From Escherichia phage Eps7: 64,000 nucleotides of DNA. The stretch lies in the sequence record NC_010583.1; one strand, given 5' to 3'. Shown here piece by piece: positions 15,630-25,197 of this stretch (positions are counted from its first letter, which is position 1; the number at the start of each line of letters is the position of its first letter). The notes under the pieces were generated by a model, which searched no databases, was not told where the DNA came from, and saw only the letters and a program-made list of their open reading frames with translations. The translations under genes and the position numbers were made by a program.

Positions 15630-15660
15630 GTTTCTCCAAATAAGAGGGGCTTTCGCCCCC
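15630..15660 (-). terminator. intrinsic terminator (GGGGCTTTCGCCCC hairpin)
   Basis: Perfect hairpin with TTTC loop immediately after stop of 15670-15885 gene. Confidence 0.5.
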
Positions 15661-15669
15661 TGATTTAAA

Positions 15670-15885
15670 TTACTTGCCCAGCAGTTTAAGGATATTTTCC
15701 TTAATAGTTTGAGCAGATTTTTCACTCTTATTGGTTTCAGCCAGTTTCAGAGCGAGTTCTTCCTGCTGTTTCTGAATATCAGCAGCAGTTTTCTGGTCAG
15801 CTTCAATACGAGCTTGAAGTTCATCAGTAATAGTGGTAAAGGAAGCAACGATTTCAGTAACGGAACGTGGTTTCTTAGAGAACAT
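15670..15885 (-). CDS. hypothetical coiled-coil protein (71 aa)
   Basis: ORF flanked by two terminator hairpins. Confidence 0.5.
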   Translation of the reverse strand: MFSKKPRSVTEIVASFTTITDELQARIEADQKTAADIQKQQEELALKLAETNKSEKSAQTIKENILKLLGK

Positions 15886-15919
15886 AAAAATATCCTTAAT
15901 TAGTCAGAGAAAGAGTTAG

Positions 15920-15940
15920 TATATGGGGCTTTCGCCCCAT
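15920..15940 (-). terminator. intrinsic terminator (GGGGCTTTCGCCCC hairpin)
   Basis: tggggctttcgcccca hairpin directly after stop of 15947-16462 gene. Confidence 0.5.
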
Positions 15941-15946
15941 CAATCA

Positions 15947-16462
15947 TTACTTCGCTTTACGCTTACGAGTAGGTTTAGCGGATTTACGATCAGAAGCACC
16001 AGTAAACTTAATACCGATACCGTAGCACAGAGCGCGAACGTTGTCACGGCTATACTCTACACCGAAAATATTCGGTTTAACGGAGCCAAACTGTCCACGG
16101 GATTCACGCATTACGTCAGCCATTGGCTTACGCTTCTGATTGACTGCTTTTTCGTAGTCTTTCAGAGCCATACCGTTGCGGGCGAACATCTCAGCACCGC
16201 CGTTAAAGCTCAGAGTTACCGGTACAGACTTATGACCTTCACCCTTGATGAACACAACCTGCTTAGCAGTTGCGCGAGTAGAGTTCTTGGCCTTCGGCTT
16301 CTGGCGAACCGGAGCCGCAGACTTCAGGGCAGTCTGAGCCTGAGCATCAGTAGGATGCTTACGCAGATGACGTTCCAGACGAGCCTTACGATTGGCTTCG
16401 GTCTGAGCGAAAGTTTTAACTGCCGGAGCTGCCTGAGTTTTTGCGTTTTTCTGCTTAGCCAT
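15947..16462 (-). CDS. hypothetical highly basic protein (171 aa), possible nucleic-acid binding
   Basis: Lys/Arg/Ala-rich N-terminus and C-terminal KPTRKRKAK; codon usage typical of abundant proteins. Confidence 0.55.
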   Translation of the reverse strand: MAKQKNAKTQAAPAVKTFAQTEANRKARLERHLRKHPTDAQAQTALKSAAPVRQKPKAKNSTRATAKQVVFIKGEGHKSVPVTLSFNGGAEMFARNGMALKDYEKAVNQKRKPMADVMRESRGQFGSVKPNIFGVEYSRDNVRALCYGIGIKFTGASDRKSAKPTRKRKAK

Positions 16463-16498
16463 TATTTGTTTTCCTTTTTGTTGATCAATTTATGAGAT

Positions 16499-16545
16499 AT
16501 ATTATACGAAATTTTGAAGCGTTTAGCAAATGAATTTTTTAAAAA
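16499..16545 (-). promoter_or_regulatory. T5-type early promoter cassette
   Basis: RC: -35 TTTGCT, -10 TATAAT, conserved leader. Confidence 0.5.
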
Positions 16546-16824
16546 TTATCTGCCGATCATCTTAGCTTGTTCCTCACTGGAAACGTACTGATAACCACCC
16601 TTATTGTATGCAGGAGCAGTACACAGTTTCTTACGCTCAATTTCTTCTTGAGCCTTGCGTTCCCTTTCGGCTAACTCTTCATCTAGGTAAATTAGACGTT
16701 GCTCCGGAGGTGGTGGAAGCCTAGTTTCTGGCTCACCAATATTTGCCTTTCTGATCTGACGCGGAGATTGTGCGCGTTTTCTCAAAGGTTTAAATCCTAA
16801 TGAATTTGAGTTGTAAATTCGCAT
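16546..16824 (-). CDS. hypothetical protein (92 aa)
   Basis: ORF. Confidence 0.5.
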   Translation of the reverse strand: MRIYNSNSLGFKPLRKRAQSPRQIRKANIGEPETRLPPPPEQRLIYLDEELAERERKAQEEIERKKLCTAPAYNKGGYQYVSSEEQAKMIGR

Positions 16825-16847
16825 AAAGCCCTCCTCACTTTCAATAC

Positions 16848-16895
16848 GAATATTATACTAAATTAGAGGGCTTTAAGCAAGTGAATTTTTAATTT
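16848..16895 (-). promoter_or_regulatory. T5-type early promoter cassette
   Basis: RC: -35 CTTGCT, -10 TATAAT, leader. Confidence 0.5.
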
Positions 16896-16900
16896 ATTTA

Positions 16901-17377
16901 TTACATCTCAGCAAGTTCTTGCTCAGTAATTACAGTATTGCATAGAGCATCAACTTCTTCATTACCACGAATACCTGAGTGACCTTTAACCTTAACAAAG
17001 GTTGGATTGGTATCATGGAAGTTAATATACTGTTGAGTTAGTTTAAATGCTTCTTGCCAGAGTTCTAGATTAAGAGGAGTTTCACCATCTCCCTTCTTCC
17101 AGCCTTTCTTCTGCCAAGACCACATCCAGCTTTCCATACCATTTTTGCAGTAAGCAGAATCAGTGTAGATAATTACTGGACGATTATCTTTCTTAGTAGA
17201 CCAACGAAGAACTTCTACAATTGCAGTAAGTTCCATTTCGTTATTAGTAGTTTTAGGGCTGAAGCCAGATTTAGAGCCAATACGATCATCATTATCATTA
17301 TAGACAACGAATCCCCACGCACCTAAACCAGGATTGCCTTTACATGCACCATCTGTATATATGTGGAAAACCGACAT
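16901..17377 (-). CDS. rnh: ribonuclease H (RNase HI-like)
   Basis: Motifs YTDGAC.GNPG.G, ELTA, IYTDS.Y, KVKGHSG..GNEE.D; start at MSVFH with GGAG RBS. Confidence 0.7.
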   Translation of the reverse strand: MSVFHIYTDGACKGNPGLGAWGFVVYNDNDDRIGSKSGFSPKTTNNEMELTAIVEVLRWSTKKDNRPVIIYTDSAYCKNGMESWMWSWQKKGWKKGDGETPLNLELWQEAFKLTQQYINFHDTNPTFVKVKGHSGIRGNEEVDALCNTVITEQELAEM

Positions 17378-17646
17378 TATTTGCTCCAATCAATTTCAAG
17401 CCAAAAACCTTCACGCTGTTCATACTTAGCTTCTACAACATAACCTAGTTTGCTAAGTTTTTGCATGACGCTATTTCTAGCGTTTTCTGAGTATTCAGTT
17501 AATCCCTGGATGTGACAGTTAAATTCTTTATCTTTAATAGCTTTGTCAATCTCTACGGCAATAAGTGATTCTAGGTCAATTACTTCCTTTTTAATGCTAG
17601 CAATAGTATTTTGTTTTGCTTCTAAAGCAGATAAAAGAATAGACAT
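17377..17646 (-). CDS. hypothetical protein (89 aa)
   Basis: ORF; ATGA overlap with rnh. Confidence 0.5.
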   Translation of the reverse strand: MSILLSALEAKQNTIASIKKEVIDLESLIAVEIDKAIKDKEFNCHIQGLTEYSENARNSVMQKLSKLGYVVEAKYEQREGFWLEIDWSK

Positions 17647-17648
17647 AT

Positions 17649-18227
17649 TTATTCTCCAATTACTAAAACATCATGTTGGGAAGATACACCACACATATAA
17701 TCTGCACAATGCGTAAAAGCCAGATCAATGATTTCAAATATATCATCTACATCTAAATCTGTGGCTCGACAATCCGCAATAGCTAAACCTGTACGAATAC
17801 TGGAAAGTACATCTTCTCCTCCACAGCCTACACCGGCATATTCAACTTCTAGAATAGAAGCATTAGATTGGAAAATAAAGATTCTTCCTTTGTAGAGCAT
17901 AATAAATTGTCCCAGATTAGGTTCAGCATATTTTTCATTTTTCTTTTCGCCAAAATCTTTCTGGTTAAACATATCACGTAATTTAGGTACTATTTCCGTA
18001 TATAAATATTTATCATCGGAAATATCTGCTAAACGTGGTGGTACAGTAAAGCTATGCTCTAGTAATTGTCCCATGTAGAAGGAACTAGTGTATCCGAAGT
18101 ACAAATCATCAGAGATTTTGAATACTTTCGGATTTTTAACCAGCAGTTTCGTATAGCCATTAGAACCCATACGATCACCAGCTAAGTATACTTTATCTTT
18201 ATATTTAAATGCTACTATGGCTGTCAT
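17649..18227 (-). CDS. HslV-like / proteasome-type Ntn-hydrolase peptidase
   Basis: Begins M-TAIVAFKYKDKVYLAGDRMGS (Thr right after Met; compare HslV TTIVSVRR...GD); about 190 aa. Confidence 0.5.
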   Translation of the reverse strand: MTAIVAFKYKDKVYLAGDRMGSNGYTKLLVKNPKVFKISDDLYFGYTSSFYMGQLLEHSFTVPPRLADISDDKYLYTEIVPKLRDMFNQKDFGEKKNEKYAEPNLGQFIMLYKGRIFIFQSNASILEVEYAGVGCGGEDVLSSIRTGLAIADCRATDLDVDDIFEIIDLAFTHCADYMCGVSSQHDVLVIGE

Positions 18228-18243
18228 TATTAAATCCTTCTGT

Positions 18244-18295
18244 CAAATTAGAAGTATATTATATTTGAATTTCACTCAGTAAGCAAATGAAATTT
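18244..18295 (-). promoter_or_regulatory. T5-type early promoter cassette
   Basis: RC: -35 TTTGCT, -10 TATAAT. Confidence 0.45.
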
Positions 18296-18302
18296 AAATA
18301 TA

Positions 18303-18322
18303 ATAGCCCCGAAGGGCTATTT
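18303..18322 (-). terminator. intrinsic terminator hairpin
   Basis: atagccccgaagggctat directly downstream of 18326-18679 gene. Confidence 0.45.
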
Positions 18323-18325
18323 GAA

Positions 18326-18679
18326 TTAGATTATAATCAAGATTATTAGGGCGTATGTCAGATAATGCAGTAACTGATCAAATCCTAAAGCTATCCAAAA
18401 CTTAGCATCGCTTATAGCATATTTACAGCGTTGTGCTTTCCAATAATCTATAATAAAGTGTAGAATTAATTCCATAATAGCTAAAGCTATAGACATTCCT
18501 GGTGATGTGAATAGGATTAGAATTGCAAATGTTAATCCAGCATGTACTAGCGAATGGGTTAATAATGGAAGTTTCCACCCTATTTTATGCGTCTTTCTTA
18601 GCATATATGGTGTTTGGAGTGGATAATCGGCCATAAAATGTTTTAGAAAGAATATGACAAATAATAGTATAATTAACAT
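18326..18679 (-). CDS. hypothetical integral membrane protein (117 aa)
   Basis: Multiple hydrophobic TM-like segments. Confidence 0.5.
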   Translation of the reverse strand: MLIILLFVIFFLKHFMADYPLQTPYMLRKTHKIGWKLPLLTHSLVHAGLTFAILILFTSPGMSIALAIMELILHFIIDYWKAQRCKYAISDAKFWIALGFDQLLHYLTYALIILIII

Positions 18680-18682
18680 ATG

Positions 18683-19537
18683 TTACACCGTAAATGGATA
18701 TGCAATAGCAGGATGGTGTTCATAGCCACGAACAGTAAAATCATCCTTACTTACCCACGTTAATACATCATCCAAAGTTCTAATATTTGGATTGATTTCT
18801 AAAGTAGGAGGTGCAAAAGGTTCACGATCGAATTGCTTGTGCTCCATCAGAACATTATACTGATCTTCATAGATATGAAGATTAATAATCTTTTGACGAG
18901 CAATACCTGGCTTAAGACCTGTAATCTGTGCCATAATAGCTAGAAGTGCATAGCATTGCACCATATTAAATACTTGGCCCAGCAAGAAATCATTAGACCT
19001 CTGGAAAGAGTTTAGGTATAGTGTATCACCTAAAATAGAGAATTGATGGGTATGCATACACGGACGTAGGCATCCTTTACGAAATTCCCCACGGGTTCCA
19101 AAAGTTAAAATTTCTCCACGATCGTCAATCCCTCTTTTCAAATTATGATAGACTTTGGCTAACTGATCAAATACCATACCATCAGAATTAGTCCAATGAC
19201 GTCCTTGAACACCATAGACTCGTCCCATATCATCCTCGCCTTTACGGAATGGATTACCTAGCCAGGCAATATTTTCATTTGCATTAGCATTCCATGTATT
19301 AACACCAATAGCGCGGAATTGTGCTGCTGAGTCGTACCCACGGAGATATCCGATCATTTCCATTATTGCTTGTTTAGCAAATGCTTTACGAGTAGTTACT
19401 AGCGGCAGTTCTCCTGCTCCTACGTTAAAGGTAAAGTCTGCATCAATAATGGTTAGGCAACGAACCCCTGTTCTAGGATTCGTTACCCATACACCCTCTT
19501 CAAGAATACGTTTTCCAGTTTCAATATATTGCTTCAT
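18683..19537 (-). CDS. thyA: thymidylate synthase
   Basis: Conserved ThyA blocks: PLVTTRK, active-site region [11 protein letters not shown] (PCH), [14 protein letters not shown] and YALLAIMAQ. Confidence 0.8.
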   Translation of the reverse strand: MKQYIETGKRILEEGVWVTNPRTGVRCLTIIDADFTFNVGAGELPLVTTRKAFAKQAIMEMIGYLRGYDSAAQFRAIGVNTWNANANENIAWLGNPFRKGEDDMGRVYGVQGRHWTNSDGMVFDQLAKVYHNLKRGIDDRGEILTFGTRGEFRKGCLRPCMHTHQFSILGDTLYLNSFQRSNDFLLGQVFNMVQCYALLAIMAQITGLKPGIARQKIINLHIYEDQYNVLMEHKQFDREPFAPPTLEINPNIRTLDDVLTWVSKDDFTVRGYEHHPAIAYPFTV

Positions 19538-20062
19538 TTAAATATCACCAATTCTTGTAAGAATGAAAGCGTTTTATCTGCATTCTGTCCTGCCACATAG
19601 TCCATTCTAGTTGCCATTGAATTATAAGTAATATGATGATGCAGATGTACATCAGCAGATAATGGTGTGGCTGAAGTAATAGTAGAGATATACGCCATAT
19701 CTAGATGATTTTTTGACATACATTTCAAGAAGCAGAGTTGCTCCCCCTAATACTACAGTTACCTCTTCCTTGAGAAAATCAGGCAGACGGTATCCAATGT
19801 TGCTTATGCGTGTAGCTGATCTTATAGAGTTCGGTAGTGGTCTATTTGCATAAATAAATAGGTCAGAATCTCCTAGTATTCTTTTTTGCAGAGTCTCAGG
19901 GAATGCTAACCAAGTTCCTGCTCCTACAATAATATTGTCAGGTGCCAGAGAATCCAATGTAGCATAGAAGATATCTAGTTCTTCTTTGAAAGAACCCCAG
20001 GGGAGCTTACCATTGAGGCCGAACTCCCCATTCGGCCCAGTTGCATAGATTGCTGCTATCAT
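19534..20062 (-). CDS. frd: dihydrofolate reductase (frameshifted at T6 tract 19709-19714)
   Basis: N-terminal [22 protein letters not shown] and [10 protein letters not shown]; continues ...[12 protein letters not shown] in the next frame when the A6 run is read as A5. Confidence 0.6.
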
Positions 20063-21207
20063 TAGAACATATCCTCAAATTCGTTGCCAAGATCTTTCAG
20101 AGTATCAGCAGATGTTTCTGTTACTTGACCTACACGATACGCTGCGCCAATCTGAATCTCTTGCGGAGCAGGTTGTAAAGATGTAGTATCCAACCAGTTC
20201 ATAATCCACGGAATAGGGTTCTTAGTAATTACAGGTAAGTGGCTTGGCCATTCTACACCAATGTGCATAAATGCGTTACGTCCTACAAAGTAAAGGTATT
20301 CTTCAAGCAGTTCTGCGTTCAAACCAATCAGACTGCGGCCTTTAAAGATAAAGTGGCCCCATTCAATCTCAGTTTTCAGAGTTTTTAGGAGTTGTGTTGG
20401 TGCTTTAGCTAATGCTTCATCTACCAGATCTTTATCAAATTGCTGGAACATAATCTGGATGATAGCTTTAGACATTTGAGTATGTAGAGCTTCATCTTTA
20501 GCGATTAATTGCAGGTTCTTAGCAATACCTTGCAGAATATCGTTCTCTGCTAGAGCAAAGGTACATGCAAAGGATGCGTAGAACTGCATTGCTTCCAGAC
20601 CGTAGATTGCAAAGTAAGCATCTAACAGCTTAGCCTGAGTTTCACGTTTAACTTCAGGGAACTCAGTTTCTGGATAAGTATTATCACCACGATGATCACG
20701 TACTGCAAGGAAATACTGACCTAACAGATACAATTCATCAAACAGTTCAACAGAATCTGCGATACGTGCAAATGCTTCTTGGTTTTTAGTTACAGAATCA
20801 ATAAATTCTGCTGGATCAGTCAGAACGTTACGAATAATATTACTATACGCACGGCTGTGCAGATCTTCGAAGTAGCTCCACTGCTTGAGCATACCCTCCA
20901 ATTCAGGACGGCTTACAAGCGGCATAATAGCTGCTTCAGGAGCACGGCTAATGAAAGAATCTGTTTGGGTCTGCCATGCTAAGTTCAGGAGAGTAATTTC
21001 CTGAATATCACGCGGAAGGTTTGGCCATTGTTTCTTATCGGCTTCCAGACTGATTTCAGTTTCAGTCCAAAATTGAGAACGTTGCAGAAGTGCTAGACGC
21101 TCAAGTTCAGGATGTGCTACACGAACGTAATCTGCGATACCAAGAGAATCGCCCAGGAAAAGGTCAGCGTTAGTATGATCCCAATTCAGGTTTAGTAAAG
21201 TAGTCAT
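20062..21207 (-). CDS. nrdB: ribonucleotide reductase class Ia beta subunit
   Basis: Ferritin-like diiron motif region ...FACTFALAEND...AKDEALHTQ; 381 aa; adjacent to nrdA. Confidence 0.85.
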   Translation of the reverse strand: MTTLLNLNWDHTNADLFLGDSLGIADYVRVAHPELERLALLQRSQFWTETEISLEADKKQWPNLPRDIQEITLLNLAWQTQTDSFISRAPEAAIMPLVSRPELEGMLKQWSYFEDLHSRAYSNIIRNVLTDPAEFIDSVTKNQEAFARIADSVELFDELYLLGQYFLAVRDHRGDNTYPETEFPEVKRETQAKLLDAYFAIYGLEAMQFYASFACTFALAENDILQGIAKNLQLIAKDEALHTQMSKAIIQIMFQQFDKDLVDEALAKAPTQLLKTLKTEIEWGHFIFKGRSLIGLNAELLEEYLYFVGRNAFMHIGVEWPSHLPVITKNPIPWIMNWLDTTSLQPAPQEIQIGAAYRVGQVTETSADTLKDLGNEFEDMF

Positions 21208-21235
21208 TGATTTTCCTCTTTCTCACTATTTCAGG

Positions 21236-21282
21236 AATATTATAGCAAATCTGGTAGCGATTAGCAAGTAAAATTATAAACT
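21236..21282 (-). promoter_or_regulatory. T5-type early promoter cassette (upstream of nrdB)
   Basis: RC: -35 CTTGCT, -10 TATAAT. Confidence 0.45.
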
Positions 21283-21756
21283 ATCAAGCTCCAATAGTTT
21301 AGCATCGCGCCATTCTATAGCATCCTCTAATTCTTTAAATGTTTTAGTATGTTTTACACCTTTCCTAGCTATTTGGACTTGATAAGATCCACTTGCTTTT
21401 TGGTGTATATTTTTAATACCTAACTTATTGTCCTTATGTGCTCCAACGTTCTTTCCATTACTAAATCTGTTAGAGGCTAGTAAATTAATTGCTCTATTAT
21501 CATGACGTATTCTATTATCATGATCTACTTCTTTTGGGATGTACCCATGCGTAATATAGAATGCTAGGATATGTGCGTAGTATTTTGTACCTCTTACCTG
21601 CATTACTATGTATCCTGAGCATTTTTCCAAAGAGCCTGCCTCTTTGCCTGCAAACTTAGTATTAAATGATTTATCTTCTCTAGGTTTGTGGGTAAAGATT
21701 CCGGTTTCTGGATTATAGTCAAATAACTCAGCTATTTCTTTGTATTTTTCTTCCAT
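21274..21756 (-). CDS. HNH homing endonuclease
   Basis: HNH motif VDHDNRIRHDNRAINLL...N; free-standing gene inserted between nrdA and nrdB. Confidence 0.7.
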   Translation of the reverse strand: MEEKYKEIAELFDYNPETGIFTHKPREDKSFNTKFAGKEAGSLEKCSGYIVMQVRGTKYYAHILAFYITHGYIPKEVDHDNRIRHDNRAINLLASNRFSNGKNVGAHKDNKLGIKNIHQKASGSYQVQIARKGVKHTKTFKELEDAIEWRDAKLLELDSL

Positions 21757-21788
21757 AATCTAAAATTACAGCCATTATAGGCCTAATA

Positions 21789-21806
21789 AAGGGGCTTTCG
21801 CCCCTT
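21789..21806 (-). terminator. intrinsic terminator (GGGGCTTTCGCCCC hairpin), possibly bidirectional
   Basis: aggggctttcgcccct directly after nrdA stop; T-rich flanks on both sides. Confidence 0.5.
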
Positions 21807-21811
21807 ATTTA

Positions 21812-24204
21812 TTATAATTGACAACCACCAGATGCGCATCCAGCAGCAGCTTCCTCTCCTGCACCTCCACCATTTTCAGTGTTGAAGTTTGCATAATAAA
21901 AGGTTTTCCAACCGTACTTAACAGCAGTCATAAAGTCACGAACTACTACTGGGCCGGGAATGATTTCATTCTCGAACTTGGTGTAGTCATAGTACATATT
22001 CGTACTGATAGACTGGCTGAAGAATTTCTGCATGGTTGCTACCCATTTGATCCACTCGATACGATCTACATCATAAGCCAGTTTATAGCTCATTAATGTA
22101 TCCCAATCAGTTGCACCTGGAGCAATTGCAATTACTTTATTAACTGCACTACCCTTGATAGATACGATCTTACGGGGCGGTTCGATAGAGTTAGTAACAC
22201 CTAGCAGTACAGAGGAACTTTCACCTGGCATCTGAGCAGTCAGAACAGAGTTGCGCATACCATATTTCAGAATATCTGCACGCAGAGATTCCCAATCCAT
22301 TTCTAGACCTACAGTTACCAGTTCATCAACAGTTTTCTTGTACGTGTCGATTACCAGAGTTCCTTGCGAAGGCTTAGTACGATTAAACCAGTCACATGCA
22401 CCTTGTTCTTTAGCCAGACGTACAGAGGCTTTATGTAGGAAGTAGGACAGCTTTTCAGCTTCACGGTGAATCCAGTTACGTGCTTCAACACCTTCGTAAG
22501 CCAAACCTTCTGCTGCCATTGCACCTGCTGCGTTCATCAGACCAATACCAACGTTACGACGTTTCTTAGCCGTGTACTTCCATAGTTGGGAATGGGTAAT
22601 CCTGAATCTCGATGATTGTATCAACGAATTTCAGAAGGATGTAGCAAGTTTTCTCCCATTCAGCCAGAGATTCCATGCGGCCTAGTACAACACCACCTAA
22701 GTTACACAGAGATACTTCACCAATATCTTCTGGACGCATATCGTCTAACTGATCTTGGGTTTTATACAGTTCCGTAACGTGATGGAATGGACGGGTGGCT
22801 GAGTAATTCAACACAAAAGGGTTGGTCATACGAATCGGGTCAAGGAAGTTACCATGACGGTTAGATTCACCAATGTGATGAGCATACATACGCCCTGTTT
22901 CCATACGGATACGTAACCAAGTATCTAGGATTTCTTTTGCAGAGATTCTAGGAGCTGCTGGAATTGTTTTTCCTTCGTGGTCGATCTTTGTAAGAGAAGC
23001 CACACGTTTCTCCGCTGCCACGTAGATTTCTTCAAACTTAGCCTCATCTTCACCATAAAACGCTTCATGAACTTCTGGTGCGTAGAAGTAGGACATTAGC
23101 GTAATATCTTCGTTTTTCAGGTAACGTTTTAACAGAAGGTTGTTAAAGCTCAGAGAATAATCCATCTTATCGATTTTATTCTCGTCTGTAGCACGTTGCT
23201 GCTTAACCTGCATCAACTGAATGATTTCAGGATCGAAGTATGGATAAGACACAGTAGCAGAACCGCCACGGGTTTGCTGAGTGTTAGCTTTTACTGATCG
23301 GTCAATGTGTCGATAATATGGCAGTTTTCCGGAATGCGGGAATGCCCCATTTCGCACCGGATCAGCAATTGATCGGCTTTCAAGATGATACCCGATTCCC
23401 GCTCTGGCTGCGACCATTTTGAAGACGATGTGCTCGGCTGTGTCGATTGAATCCAGCGTGTCAGTGGAATCCACGAGACAGCAACTAGCAAATCCACGGT
23501 CACTAGAGCGCAGGCCAACCAGTGGCGGCGTAGGAACGTTGATTTTGTGGAGCGACATTGCATTGTAGAGGTCGATTGCATCTAGGATTGTCCAGTTAGG
23601 TTGAGATAACATCGCCATTGCCATACCCATGTAGGCAAACTGCGGGGTTTCATAAATTTCACCAGTTGCAATATTACGACGAGAATACTTGTCGAAGAAC
23701 TGTTTCAGTCCACCACTGGTGAATAAACGATCGCGATCATGATCAATAACTTGGTTCAGAGCGTCAAACTGATCATCGCTAATCCATGCACTCATGTCTT
23801 CCCAGCGCCAACACGAACCATATGATCGTGGAAGAAACGCAGAGAAGGGGTTCAAAGGAATCATATAGGCGTTTACGCATCTGCGCAAGACGTAATTCCT
23901 TTGCTACAGTATCATATGCTGGGTTGTCTTTGATAAGACCTTCAGCGGCTTTAATTAACACATCTTGGAGGGTATCGGAATCTACAACACCTTTTGGTAG
24001 ATTTTTCTGGGCAGACATAACGACGGCAGACCAACTTACGTCAGTTGCTTTACATGCCCATGCAGCCCAATCATTGAGTTTTTCAGGAGCAAAGTCCTGA
24101 ACAGTACCGTCACGTTTAATTACTTTTTCAATACTATGGCTCATTGGGGTTTCCTTTTTGTAGTTATCAGGATTTAGGAAATATTCTACTTTGTTTTGGG
24201 TCAT
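21812..24204 (-). CDS. nrdA: ribonucleotide reductase class Ia alpha subunit (three apparent frameshifts)
   Basis: ATP-cone N-terminus, catalytic core ...VIDHDRD..., ...RRNVGIGLMNAAG..., C-terminal CxxxGGC tail; fragments join at G4 tract 23847-23850 (restores FEPP), at 23799-23800 and near 22575-22581. Confidence 0.75.
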
Positions 24205-24267
24205 TATGCAAGTACAATTTTACAGATAAAAAGAGCCCGGATATTTTCATACCCAGGCTCGTCTGTC

Positions 24268-24510
24268 TTACCATTTAAGTTTATCGGTTATATCAATTAG
24301 CTTCTGTTGTATTTCTCGGTTGAAGAGAATATCTACAGAAGTACTTAGTTCATTATAGTTGAAAGGCCGATTTGGATTAGAGGCTACAATTTTCCACGCT
24401 AGGGTAGTCTTAGGACTTTCTTCCCCTTCCTTACGTGTAATCATGTTAGCAGCACTCAGTGAAGTACGGTGGATCTTAGTTTTGCGGTGCAGATGTACGA
24501 CGTTTCCCAT
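24268..24510 (-). CDS. hypothetical protein (80 aa)
   Basis: ORF. Confidence 0.45.
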   Translation of the reverse strand: MGNVVHLHRKTKIHRTSLSAANMITRKEGEESPKTTLAWKIVASNPNRPFNYNELSTSVDILFNREIQQKLIDITDKLKW

Positions 24511-24511
24511 A

Positions 24512-24811
24512 TTACACCTTCCCCATATCCTTAAAGATATCGTAGAATGCTTTAGACTCCGGTGAGCGAACGTTGTCGATCAGTTCGATCATAGAGAAAG
24601 GAGAGTTTTCGTACTTCTCATAGACTTCCATAAGAAGTGCTAGACCTGAATCACCCTTGATGTCTTTCTGAGCTATATCCCCACAGATAATTAAACGACA
24701 ATCTTGTCCTACACGAGTCAGGAGACAGATCATTGCTTCAACGGAGATATTCTGAGCTTCATCGACAATTACATAGGAGTTGTTGAATGTTGCCACGCTT
24801 TCTTGAACCAT
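24512..24811 (-). CDS. PhoH-like ATPase C-terminal-domain protein (short form)
   Basis: Walker B-like YVIVDEAQN and ...IICGDIAQKDIKG...SGL; Walker A absent; start may lie at 24845 if the T6 tract at 24823-24828 is an overcall. Confidence 0.45.
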   Translation of the reverse strand: MVQESVATFNNSYVIVDEAQNISVEAMICLLTRVGQDCRLIICGDIAQKDIKGDSGLALLMEVYEKYENSPFSMIELIDNVRSPESKAFYDIFKDMGKV

Positions 24812-24913
24812 TGCGGTTCTCTCTTTTTTGACGTGCTTTTCCCATAAATAACACTCCTATAGTGTACTTCGCTAACAGAGGATCAACAAAAAGATCTTGT
24901 TTATCAACTTACA

Positions 24914-24960
24914 AATATATTATACCAATATATGCGGGAGAAAGCAACTACAATTTTAAA
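24914..24960 (-). promoter_or_regulatory. T5-type early promoter cassette (leftward, for PhoH-like operon)
   Basis: RC: -35 GTTGCT, -10 TATAAT; part of a divergent promoter region. Confidence 0.5.
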
Positions 24961-25139
24961 TAAGCCTATGATATTGCATTTAAATAAAAAATTTGCTTGC
25001 TTTTATTGGGAGATGTATGGTACTAGATAATCATTTTATATCGCGTACACGGGCGCGTGATTATACTATTTTTAATAGAGGTTGGCAAATAAAATTTTTT
25101 GACCCAGATCAATTTACAGAATGTTATAGTAAAATATTG

Positions 25140-25168
25140 TTGACATCCGCCTTCGAATGAGTTATAAT
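25140..25168 (+). promoter_or_regulatory. consensus sigma70 promoter upstream of nrdD
   Basis: TTGACA, 17-nt spacer, TATAAT (perfect consensus); AGGAGG RBS at 25188-25193. Confidence 0.65.
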
Positions 25169-25197
25169 AGTAGTCTTAGTTAGAGAAGGAGGGTATA

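Noticed and set aside
13750-16495. Plus-strand ORFs antisense to minus-strand early genes (13750-13980, 14013-14408, 15709-15903, 15923-16495)
   Set aside because: All lie inside better-supported minus-strand genes with promoter cassettes; no plus-strand promoters.
21812-24204. nrdA as a genuine pseudogene, or interrupted by inteins or introns
   Set aside because: All three breaks are 1-nt frameshifts at short homopolymers with continuous homology across them and no inserted sequence; sequencing error is more parsimonious.
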